Source of the DNA: Lophium mytilinum
Lineage: Eukaryota
Assembly: GCA_010093605.1 (NCBI GenBank)
Contig: MU004183.1
Location: 2,604,001-2,668,000 of the forward strand
DNA length: 64,000 nt
Reading direction: 5' to 3'
Shown: piece after piece, positions 48,414 to 59,231 of the stretch
How the letters are laid out: every line of letters starts with the position of its first letter
How positions within the stretch are numbered: the first letter of the stretch is position 1
The notes under the pieces: generated by a model
What the model saw: the letters and a program-made list of their open reading frames with translations, nothing else
Told to the model about the DNA's origin: nothing
The model's database searches: none
Program-made: the position numbers and the translations under genes

Positions 48414-49047
48414 TGTTGGCGCTGGAGTACCTATTGCTGTCATAACAAGATTCAAATTTTTCAGAGTAAGAGGTTTTCTGTCGGTATGATACCCTAACAT
48501 GCACTCGCGGGATGGAAGCTGACGACGCCCAAGCTTTCTGGAACATCTTCATTCACTCTCGGGCCAATAAGGTTCACCGTGTACTACCGGCTCGGCTCTC
48601 GGATCGGAGTGGACGCGTGTAGGGGAGTGATGTCCTTTGCGTATCCGTTCGGGACTACTCTTTCTCCACCTTTGCAGATCGCGTGCCAACCGAGCGAATG
48701 TATGTACAGGATGTCCCCAGTTTTGGTAGTTTAGCGCGGGATGGAAGTCACAGACGCAGTAGGTGGATTTAATAGCTTGTGATCGCGGAGACATCCCTTT
48801 TATGAACTAATTTATACCGGTCTGAGTATAAATTGCTGATGGCATGGTACCTTAAGGCGTTATTTTCATAGATATACCCCTCTTTTGCAGCCGAGCCGTG
48901 ACTTGATTTTGCTTACCCGTTAATCCGCCGGAACTGAGGGCATCCTGTAAATATGAATTTACATATCGTTCAACGCCCCCAAACGCGGCGCGTCTTTTGG
49001 CCACTACATCCATCTATCACTCTATTTTCAAGGCTGATATTATCGCC

Positions 49048-50448
49048 ATGGTTTCCATTGAGACAAGTTTGCCAATCGTCTGGCGGTCCAATCCACATGG
49101 AAATGAATACGAACGTGCACGAGTCGGACGCGTCTTCAATGCGCGTCGGCCAAAGCGATTTCCACGCGCCGTGGTAGAGGCGACCACAGAATCACAGGTT
49201 GTGGAAGCGGTTCGTTTGGCCATCCGAGAAAAGTGTAGGGTCTCTGTCAGATCTGGTGGCCACAGCTGGGCGGCATGGAGCGTCCGCGACGATGCGATCT
49301 TGATCGACCTTGGGAGATATCAGCATCTTGAACTGGACGAGGGAAAGAAAGCGATTATTGTATCTCCGAGCACCACGGGGAGAGTTTTGAACGGCCTCCT
49401 CTCTACGAGAGGACTGATGTTTGCTGGCGGTCACTGCCCTGACGTTGGTGTTGGTGGATTCCTGTTGCAAGGAGGAATGGGATGGAACTGCAAGAACTGG
49501 GGCTGGGCGTGCGAGCAAGTCGTTGCGATTGACGCCGTAGATGCCTGGGGCGAACTACTACACTGCGACACGGAGCAAAATTCTGACCTCTTCTGGGCCG
49601 CGCGAGGAGCAGGGCCTGGCTTCCCTGGAGTCATCACCAAATTCTATCTCCGTGTCAGACCCGCCTACACAAATGTGCTCAACTCTCTTTTCTTCTACCC
49701 AATCTCAGAGTATCGGCGGGCAATGGACTGGGTCATCAAAGCCTCTCCGACATTCGACGAGGACACGGAAATTGTTGCAATTGGCGCCGTCGCTCCTCCT
49801 GAAACGGGCATATCCGGCCATTGTGTACTGCTCAACTTCCTTACTTTCAAGAACGACGAGGAAGAAGCAAAAAGCGCTTTACTGCCAGCCAATACTGGAA
49901 GACCCCAAGGGTTCGCTCTTGAATTGACGAACCAACCGAGCAGCCTGGCAGATCAATACCGGATCCAAGCGGGCGCAAATCCCGAAGGCCATCGTTACTG
50001 CGCTGAGAACGCCTACATCAAGAACGATGCGGACGTGCCCGCGGTCATGGAGGATGCTTTCACGACCGCCCCTCATCCGAAAGCCTTCTGCATATGGTAC
50101 GCCATGGCTCCATGCAGTCGTCGTCCGCTCCCGGACATGGCACTCAGTACGCAATCCGACCACTACTTTGCACTCTACACTGTCTGGGAGCACGAGTCTG
50201 ACGATGAGAGGTGCCAAAGTTGGGTCAGCAACACCATGAGAAAAGTTGAGCGTCATAGTGACGGCGCTTATCTTGGCGATTCCGATTTTCAGGTGCGCAG
50301 GACAAGGTTTTGGGCGGACGCAAATGCGGAGAGACTTATGGATATCAGGCGGAAATATGATCCAGAGGGGAGGATATGTGGGTACTTAGACATTGATGAT
50401 GCTTCTGGAGTGAAAGGGCTTGAGAACCGGCATGAATGGATGCAGTGA
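49048..50448 (+). CDS. FAD-linked oxidase (FAD_binding_4/BBE-like), probably bicovalent FAD, intronless
   Basis: VRSGGHSW (His attachment), GHCPDVGVGGFLLQGG (Cys attachment), DLFWAARGAG, C-terminal RL..IRRKYDP. Confidence 0.9.
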   Translation: MVSIETSLPIVWRSNPHGNEYERARVGRVFNARRPKRFPRAVVEATTESQVVEAVRLAIREKCRVSVRSGGHSWAAWSVRDDAILIDLGRYQHLELDEGKKAIIVSPSTTGRVLNGLLSTRGLMFAGGHCPDVGVGGFLLQGGMGWNCKNWGWACEQVVAIDAVDAWGELLHCDTEQNSDLFWAARGAGPGFPGVITKFYLRVRPAYTNVLNSLFFYPISEYRRAMDWVIKASPTFDEDTEIVAIGAVAPPETGISGHCVLLNFLTFKNDEEEAKSALLPANTGRPQGFALELTNQPSSLADQYRIQAGANPEGHRYCAENAYIKNDADVPAVMEDAFTTAPHPKAFCIWYAMAPCSRRPLPDMALSTQSDHYFALYTVWEHESDDERCQSWVSNTMRKVERHSDGAYLGDSDFQVRRTRFWADANAERLMDIRRKYDPEGRICGYLDIDDASGVKGLENRHEWMQ

Positions 50449-50670
50449 GGAGTAGTTCTAAGCGGAGGGGTTAGTGGGGTATAGTTTGCAATCCATTCCT
50501 AATCATTTCCACCTAGAGTTAACGCGCTGTCTTGGTCTTGATACCTAACCTTCAAAGAGTTTGGCACTAGAATGATTTTCTAATCCTGAAATATTGCGTA
50601 GTTGACGACACTTTGGAATGACAGTCTCAGAACTTTCGAATCGTGTCAAGGGAGAAACTTGCTACCTCTT

Positions 50671-53026
50671 TCATTCAACCGGACGAGCAGTGGAGACGTC
50701 AGGAACACCCACTCCCTCTACTACCTTCGCCCCAACAATTTCGTATACGGGCAACTCTTGCAGCCGAGAAATCACATGATGCAGCGTTGGCAATGCCTCC
50801 CAATCTAGTGCATCTATCTTGAAAGTCGCCTTCGCCGCCTTGAAGAATCGCTGAGGCTTGGGTTTTGGTGTGAGATCTTTCGATGCATCGAAGATTGTGT
50901 ACTCTTCGGCAGGCTTGCCTTTGTTCTCCCGACCAACTTTTGGCATGTAACGGTAAGCGAGAATACCGTCATCAGCCTCGCCACTGATCGCTCCACTCTC
51001 CGAAGACGGATCTACCTCTTGTAGTCCCTCCAAGTTGAACTCTCCCCAAGTGGCCCCTTCCCAGCCGGTCTTAATCCGATACGAGGTCTGTCTTCGGTAC
51101 ACATCTACTGATGTGTACAACTTTGGCATCCCTAGCTCTTCTCGCCCGGATACAATCGGGTCGGTCAAGGATTCGAAAAGAAGCGGCAGGTACGTGCCGC
51201 TCAACGTTTCTTTGTTCTTTGTTTCATACTCAACACCATGGATGTAGAGACCGATATGTTTGTATCCTGAACCACCAAGCCACTCCATCTTGTTTAGCGT
51301 CGTTTGTGAGATGGACGCGTAGGCTACGGTGCCAGGAGACTTAAAACTCCATCCAGGGCGGCCGGGGGGGAAGAGGTTTTGAAGTAAAGTTCGCGATGTC
51401 TTGAACTTAATAGACGCTGTTGTGAATGTGGACTGCGTACCGTCCCTGACGACCCCATAAGCGGTCTGCCGCGGTCCTGGCATGGGGCCGAATGCTATTG
51501 GCATGCGCCAATAGATATTAGGGTTCCTCTTCCATGTCCACTCTCGGAGTTTCTGCGTTGAGTTATCCCATTCGTCATGGCCAAAGTTGTAGTTTGAGAA
51601 TTCGTTCACTGCCGACGTTAGCTGCTATTCAACACCATGCTCGATTATCTCTCTTCAGCTTACTGTCTAATTTGGTCTTTCCATTCCGGCTCTCCCCAAG
51701 CATGCGCGAGAATTCCTGGATACGATTTGCTCGCTCATACCGAATTTCCTGATAGAGTTTCAGCCTGTCGGCTACCTCCTCCGGCGGGGTGCCGTAAGGG
51801 AAGAGTATTGCTAAGGAGGCCGCATCCTCAATGGCAACACCTGCACCTTGGCCCTGGTGGGGTAAGAATGGATGTGCCGCATCTCCCAGAAGAGCCAAGC
51901 GCTCGTACGTCCAATTTGGAATAACTTTCATGTCCAGCAGGGTCCACACTTTGACCGTCTTTGGATCAACCTTGCCAATAAGTGCTCGTACGGCTGGGTC
52001 GAATGAACTGTAGATATGCAGCATTCTATCACGGTCACCAGTCTGATCCCATCCGTCGCCGGACTCAGCCGCCGACTCCGACTCCGGATGGACGCATACG
52101 AAATTCAGCACGCTGTTTTTCGAAGTCGGGTACATGATGATCCGGCGGTCTTCCGCGTACCAGATCGACAGCTCCCCGGGCGTCTCGACAAATTGCTGTG
52201 TTGCCGGATCCGCTTGCGCAGCCTCTTTCGGCACCAGAAATCGATAGGCACTCTTACCACAGGAGAATGGCTCGACATTGCCTTCTGGGACTTGTTTCCT
52301 TGCAATAGAATGCACACCGTCTGCTCCTAAGACCACATCACCGTGGAACTGGCTTCCGTCCTCAAGCGTGATGCTCGCGGTAGTTGGCTGAATGTCAATA
52401 ACTCTGCTGGACAAGTGCAATGCTACTGGCTTCCCCGTCTCGTGCGGAGTCGTTGCGACAGACTTTAGCTGATTGTGCAACTCGATACGGTGAGCAAGTA
52501 GCCAAGGCTGGAGGAGAGTCAGTAAGAATGACTCCTCCTGGCAGGAGTAAGTGAGTGGGACTTGCATGCTGCCATAACTTGTTCGCCTCTCTAAGGTCCA
52601 TCGATCTCTCCGTATCTCCTGTTGCAGAGTACTCTGTAAGCTGTCGTTTCAGTCAGTCCATATTTAAAAGTCGCCAGAGGTTTAGAGAGACGCATTACTC
52701 TTTCCATGGGGTTCGCGCCGAACGTCTCGGCGAATATCCCCAGTCGGCGCAGGATACCATTTGCGTTTGGTGCCAGATGGATTGCTGCTCCGGTCTCGCG
52801 TGCAAGAGCTGACTGTTCAAATACCTGCGAGATGCGCTGAGCTTAAGTCTGTTAGGTTCAATATCACACGAACCTGAACATGATGACCTTGCTTTCGTAG
52901 AGCGATTGCTGCCGTCAAGCCTCCAATACCAGCCCCAACTATCAGGATATTCAAATGAGCCCCCTTAGCTGATGCCGATTCCTCGCGCGCGGCCGCGCCA
53001 TTCACACTAGCCATTCCGTTTGACAT
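50671..53026 (-). CDS. FAD-dependent monooxygenase (salicylate-hydroxylase-like) fused to an acetoacetate-decarboxylase-like domain
   Basis: IVGAGIGGL, GADGVHS, LLGDAAHPFLPHQGQGAGVAIEDA. Intron 51663-51609 joins in frame (D-M-NEF) to an ADC-like domain with PIVSGREELGMPK. Confidence 0.9.
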
Positions 53027-53696
53027 TCTCGCGGGTCTCTAGTCTTTAGATTTGCGACTGCTTGAAGACTTGAAACGATGTGAACAGTTGAGAGGCTCGA
53101 AGCTACTCGTATATGTGTGAATAGGGCACCCGGACTCGATTCGGGCTTCTTGAGGATGTACATGCGGCTCCACTGATCGTCTCAGAGAAACGCTCGGGAT
53201 GTGGGGCTTGGGGCCGGTAAGGCGAGCTCTAGGAATCCGGCCGATAGCCCCCTCGGCAGATGACTTCTAGCACTGGCTTGTGGTATTGTTTTGCAAACAT
53301 GGATTGGTACACTACTTCTGCCCGGTTAAGTTTGGCTGGCCTTATTTCATCCCATCGTAAGGTCAGGTTTTCAACCACTGTTAAAGTTTTGACGCTACAG
53401 CGTCTAGCATTAGGGGGTAAAAGGCTGTCTACACCAAAAATCACGACTCAGCTCTCTCTGGAAGAATTACTGATTGGGCAAACTTTACCCGTGCACTCCC
53501 AAGCGCCCCACAGCTTTTGCCCTCTGTAAGCCCTTCCCCCTGCAGGTGGTGAGGGACCAAGGGACCTACCATGGGATGGAAGGCCAAGGAGAGGGTTGTC
53601 GCACTTTATACGAAAGTCATGGGTGATTCAAAGAGATTTGCTCAAAATGTGACCCTTTATTTCAATGCCGCATATCAATACTTTATCGTTGAATGT

Positions 53697-55213
53697 CTAC
53701 AACTGTGCTTTCGTGCCATTTTCTAGCTCTTGATAATCTTGAATCCAGGCCACCTTGTCGCTAAGATATTTTTGCGCCCGCAAGTCTCCTGAACGCGCAT
53801 GGCCTTCAAAGTTTTCTGCTCGAGCAGCACGACCGCATAGTCTACCAAGTTCCCCGCTAGCTTCGCTGCTCTTGACCTCTTGATAAGTCACTGTTCGCAA
53901 GAACTTGCCAGCCCAGAGTCCGCCTGTGTACCTCGCTGCCTTCCTCGTGGGAAGGACGTGATTTGTCCCAATGACCTGCAACTCGCGTGTTAGATTTCAA
54001 GCGTAGGCAGGACGTTCACAACAGCAGAGCTGCGGCAACGTACCTTGTCTCCATAAGAAACACATGTCTTCTCTCCCAGAAATAGAGCTCCGTAGGCGGA
54101 CATGTTTTCCAGTGCATCTCGAGGTCGCTTCGTAAACACCTGTACGTGCTCGCTGGCGTATTCATCCGCCAACTTCCAAGCTTCGGCCAGGCTGTCAACC
54201 ACTATTACTTCACCAAACGCATTCCAAGATGCTCCAGCAGTGACACCCGTGGAAAGGTTCTTCAAAAGCTCGTCGATGATTTCGATAGATTTTCGACCTA
54301 CAGCCTCTGATGTCGTGATGATAACCGCGGGAGAGTCCGGACCATGCTCTGCTTGTGAAAGTATGTCCGTGGCGATGGTGAATGGATCCGCTGTTTCGTC
54401 CGCCACCAGGAGGATCTCTGTAGGTCCGGCAAACAGATCAATACCGATTTCGCCAAAAAGCTGTCTTTTGCCCTCGGCCACGAAAGCATTGCCTGGACCT
54501 GCGATGAAATCAACTTTGCGAATCGTTTGGGTACCAATTGCCATGGCTGCTACAGCTTGAACTCCCCCTAGGATGAAGATCTCGTCGGCGCCTGCCAGAT
54601 GCATTGCGGCCACGGTTGCATTGGGGATCTTGCCAGCGATAGGCGGCGTGCATCCTACAACATGTCGAACACCGGCAACCTTCGCGGTGAGAATGGTCAT
54701 GTGGGCCGAAGCAAGGAGTGGGTACCGTCCGCCCGGGATGTAGCTACGCAAACACATCAGTCCAGCGATTAAGGCCATGTGGTGTGGCGTACTCACGCGC
54801 CAACGCAGTCGATTGGAACATTTTTCTGGCCAAGGAAGACTCCCTTTGATAGTGTTAGTGTCATAGGAAGAACCCGAACAGCCGAAGGGATTGCTCACGG
54901 GGCGTATTTCCAGCTCGAAGTCTCTTATCGAGTTCCGTTGTGCGGCTGCAAAGGCTTTGACGTTTGACTGCACTTGCTTAATATCGTCAATCGTCTGTTT
55001 CGGGCACGCGGCTATCGCAGCCAAAGTCTCTTCTTGGGTGAGCTTGAAAGATTGAGGTGCCCATTTATCAAATTTCTTAGAGTACTTGCGAACAGCGTCA
55101 TCTCCAGTCAATCGTATTTCGTCGATTACACCCTTGACAATGGCGCTGACATCAACTCTGGGTGTATTCGCCGCCTCGGCTGTGGAACCGCTCTTGAGGA
55201 ACTTATGGCCCAT
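53697..55213 (-). CDS. Stand-alone histidinol-dehydrogenase-family (HisD/HpsN-like) NAD/Zn dehydrogenase, multi-exon
   Basis: YIPGGRYPL, GGVQA, GPGNAFV.E.KR, IDLFAGPTE, SQAEHG, SEH, YGDK|VIGTNHVLPT, YTGGLW, EGH. Confidence 0.9.
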
Positions 55214-55857
55214 TGTTTTTAATCAATAGTGGGAGGTTGCTAGGGATCTTTGTTGTTGAGTGCACACAGTTCGACGTGATACTAGTTGCATTTGGGCATC
55301 TCTACTCTCGTACTAATAGCCTACGACGTCCCAAACGAATTAGGTGAGCAGAGTACCGGCTCCACCTTGATTGTCAATCCGACATCGGAGGATCTAGAAA
55401 ACTTGCTCTTGTGTGGAGTGGGGTGAAAGTTGAATCCGAAATGTTGTCGCCCACAGGAACAGCGGGAAATGGAGTATTTCCTACCCATGCACGGAACCCT
55501 CGTTCGTTCGCTGCTCACCAGGCTCCAGTGTGGAAGGGCATAATCCCACGCCACTAGTCTTCACGGGACAATTGGAATCAACGGTGGTAATCTGCATGTT
55601 CAATAGTTCCCATACATGGGTCTGCTTTGCCAAATCATGCAATGTTGCTGGGGCGAAAGGAGATCAAAAGCCAGAGGCGCCCGGTGCATCCCTGCAGGAT
55701 TGCCTCTCTTGCAAATTAGGAGGAAGAGAAGATTGTTGTAAAGGTTGTGTGAAAATTGCTTTGTAAGGACGGCACAGCGGCTAGCTATACGCCGGTTGAG
55801 GTGGCTCGTAAAAAAAGGGGCTAGGCCCAACCACTAGAAATCAACAACAGCCTTCCA

Positions 55858-56406
55858 TCATCTCGACGGCTTTACATCATCCATTCCGCCACCGTAGTCT
55901 TCTCCCAGTTGCACCCCATTGAATTCCAAAGGCTGAGCCTCCTGCAAAACGTAAAGCATTCGTGCCCAAGTAGTTGAGCTCGGATTCCTCCATGCGTGAT
56001 TTGTCCCCCTCTGAATCGATATGTCTCCGCGCTTCAAGAGTCGCGTTTCGCCCGAATCCAGTACCAGCTCGACCTCTCCCTCGAGGACCACCCCGTAATC
56101 CAGACTGATTGTTCGATGCATCGGCGACAACGACCCAGGATTCATGTCGACAACTCGTATGACTGTGCCACCTGGGATCGTGACTCCAGGCAGGTTGTTC
56201 GTGTAGTGCTGGTAGACCTCCAGGTCTTTGTTCCCGCTGAGATTGACCGGATATTCATTCGTGGCGTAGCCCAGGCTGAATCGAGCCCCATTCGCAAGCT
56301 GCTGCCATTGGAGAGTATCCGGCACGGCTTTTGAGAATGTGGTTACGCCTCGCTCATCGTGGTTAGTGATATAGCGACTGAGCGGCCGGAGTCCGTTATC
56401 ATCCAT
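55858..56406 (-). CDS. Cupin-2 domain protein
   Basis: SPMHRTISLDYGVVLEGEVELVLDSGE..L.RGD..IQRGTNHAWRN. Confidence 0.92.
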   Translation of the reverse strand: MDDNGLRPLSRYITNHDERGVTTFSKAVPDTLQWQQLANGARFSLGYATNEYPVNLSGNKDLEVYQHYTNNLPGVTIPGGTVIRVVDMNPGSLSPMHRTISLDYGVVLEGEVELVLDSGETRLLKRGDISIQRGTNHAWRNPSSTTWARMLYVLQEAQPLEFNGVQLGEDYGGGMDDVKPSR

Positions 56407-56745
56407 ATCGAGTGTGCTGATTGAGTGAGAGTGGAAGGGTGGCGGACAAAAAGGTTGTTCGAAGACCCACGACTAGCTGCTAGCCCATTCATGAACTGCG
56501 GCCTGGCGGCTCAACGGCCCAAGTGCCAGGAACACGACCCGATGGTGGTGAGCGCTAGGCGAGGGAAGTCAGTCACGATCTCGGGAACTCAACATAGGGG
56601 AGTGGGGGTGTGGGGCCGAAAGCCATCCTCAAATTAGGAGAAACGAAAAAGCATTCCATGTCGAGGAGGACAATAATCAATGGAATGGTACAATCATGCG
56701 ATTTTCTTGGAGCTGGATTCTCTTGCCTTCTATCATTGACCGATC

Positions 56746-57682
56746 ATGGACACATCCAAAGTTGCTCTCGTTACGGCTGGGTCGAAAGGACTTGGGGCAG
56801 CTATTGCTCGGGTTCTGGCTACCGAAGCTCACATGCGAGTCGTGATCAACTACCACTCGGATTCTTCTAGTGCAGATGAACTTGTTCAGGAACTGAAGCA
56901 CTTGACACGAACAAACACACGGCACGATGGAAGCTTGTCCAACGCAGAACGTTTCATAGCGATAAAAGCGGACATGGCATTCCCCGACCAGATCAAACAA
57001 CTAGTTGAAGAAAGCATTGCTAAGATGGGACGATTGGATGCTGTGGTCTCAAATGCAGGATGGACACGCATGACAAACTTCATGGATCTACAGGATGCAG
57101 ATCGTGAAGCTGATTGGGATCAATGCTTCAACATGAATGTTAAGAGTCACTTCTTCCTATTTATGGCTAGTCACAAACACCTGAAGAGTAGCGAAGGCGC
57201 ATTCATTGCGACAGCAAGTGTTGCTGGCGTCAAACCAAGCGGTAGCTCGCTGGTGAGTCTGTCTAGACCACTAATCATCCCTATCGCGCTAACAGTAATA
57301 TAGCCTTATGCTGTCACTAAAGCTGCTCTCGTTCATTTGACAAAGTCCCTTGCAGTCATTGCTGCTCCTCAAATACGTGTCAACTGCGTCTCCCCAGGCG
57401 TCTTACTCACGGTGAGTTCTTGCCAACGTTGTACGTGTGTCAATGGCTGAAAAGAATAGGACTGGGGCCGTCAATTTTCAGAGGAACGGCTCCAGACCGT
57501 GAAAACAATAAATGTCCTCAAGCGACTTGCAAAAACTGAGGTGAGTGTCGTACCATTCCATGAGATTGTCAGCGCTTACGTGTGTTCACTCCAAGGATGT
57601 CGCACAGCAAGTAAAAGTCCTTGTACTTTCTCAGTCCGTAACTGGGGTAAATTCGGTTGTTGATGCTGGCTTTTCTCTATGA
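56746..57682 (+). CDS. SDR oxidoreductase, 4 exons
   Basis: VALVTAGSKGLG, GRLDAVVSNAG, S|PYAVTKAA, IRVNCVSPG, ..DAGFSL*. GTGAGT donors at ~57253, ~57412 and 57541. Confidence 0.88.
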
Positions 57683-57984
57683 ATAGGGTCATCCATACGT
57701 TAGACGACGACGAGGAAGTGACAGAGACGAAAAGTGTAATCCCATCCAGGGAATAGAAAGCTACATACGTAATTCTCCAGCACCAGACTGCTTCACGTTT
57801 TGAACACCAAGCAAGGGGTGCAGCTGCCGAGCTTCGGGTAGTGGTCTTCTTCGTATTTCAATAGCATTTCGAACATGTTCTCAAAGGAGAAAAGGCATAT
57901 ATTACTTCCCACGCAGGATAACTGTTGATATGCGAACCTTTGCTCAAAATTTGGCCTAAATCAAATTGAAAGACAGCTCCATGC

Positions 57985-58915
57985 TCAGGCGCTGGCTATT
58001 GGCACGCTCTGCCAGCCACCAATGATGAACTGCGAATTGCACATGTTGGTGAGTTCCCAGGTCTCGGCCTTCAATTCGCCATATGTTCCCAAATCATCCT
58101 CGCTACCTGCTGCGCCAGCAACAAACATTGCAGCCATGAAGTGATCGTCAGTGGCGTGCGCGTCTCTAAACCTGGGATGCTTCATCAACCTGGTGACAGC
58201 TCGCCGGAGGAAGGGGCCGCTGTTGTTCGAAATGGCGTCTTCCACGGCTTGGCGAAACTCCATTGCCCAATCCCCTGGTGGTTTTTCCTGTGCAAAGTTG
58301 TCCGAGTATTGCAGCATGGGCCGCCATTCATTGCGATACAAGTTGTGGACCGCACCGCCAGTGCCGATGAGAAGGTACCCTTGTTCTCGCAAAGGGCGCA
58401 GCGCGGCTCCCGCCTTCATGTGAAAGTGTGGATCAAAGCGGGAATTGAGCGAGATGATGGTTGTGGGAGGACATTTTGCGGGGAACATGCGGATCAGAAT
58501 GAGGTACGTGTCGTGGATCCAGTCAAAGGTTTCGTTGCCAGTAACGTTGAAGCCGCTGGCTGACAGCATACTGATACAGCGCTGTGCGCCTTGCAGATCG
58601 GGCACCAACTCATAATCGACGTACTTTGACGGGTGGACGTAGGCAACGGGAGACTTGGTAGGCTTCGGGTTCGTCGAGACTTGGATCTTGTCTTTGCCAA
58701 GACAGTCCCAGTGTGCGCCCTTGGTGGTGTTAGAATAACTGCCTGTGCGAACGTGTGCGATGACTTCCTACCATCATAACCACGCCCTTGATGCCGTGCG
58801 CCAACGCATCGTCTCCGCATTTTTTCCAGTAGTCGGCCGAATCCGACGCTTCGCCCAGCATCATGGTCGAGCCATGCGAAAAGAAGTGCACTGGTGTTGG
58901 AGGGGACATAGTCAT
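57985..58915 (-). CDS. LigB-family (class III extradiol / DOPA-4,5-dioxygenase-like) ring-cleavage dioxygenase
   Basis: FFSHGS, MM|GAHW, G.AL.PLREQGYLLIGTGGAVHNL, DAHATDDHF; one intron at ~58771-58722. Confidence 0.88.
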
Positions 58916-59231
58916 TGTTTCCTCAGAAATTCGCTATCACGCTTCAGCAGCAGGCCGGCCGCTGTCCTCTTGATTGCGCCTGCGCATCCCATGGACTGGC
59001 ACTGCAAGCCGACGACTCCAGCATGCCCACCTCGGAGCCGCTTCGATCGGCAAGCGGTCCCGAGAAGCATGCGCCCGGCTCTTCGACGCCGAAAAACGAG
59101 GCCGGAATGCAGCACCCCGCATTTGAAAGGTATTCTAAGGGGTAACTCGCCCACTTTCCCTACACCACACCACACCACGCTCTCCCCACTTTCACCTCCA
59201 CCTTTCCCAGCTGTGCAGCCATATTCCTACC

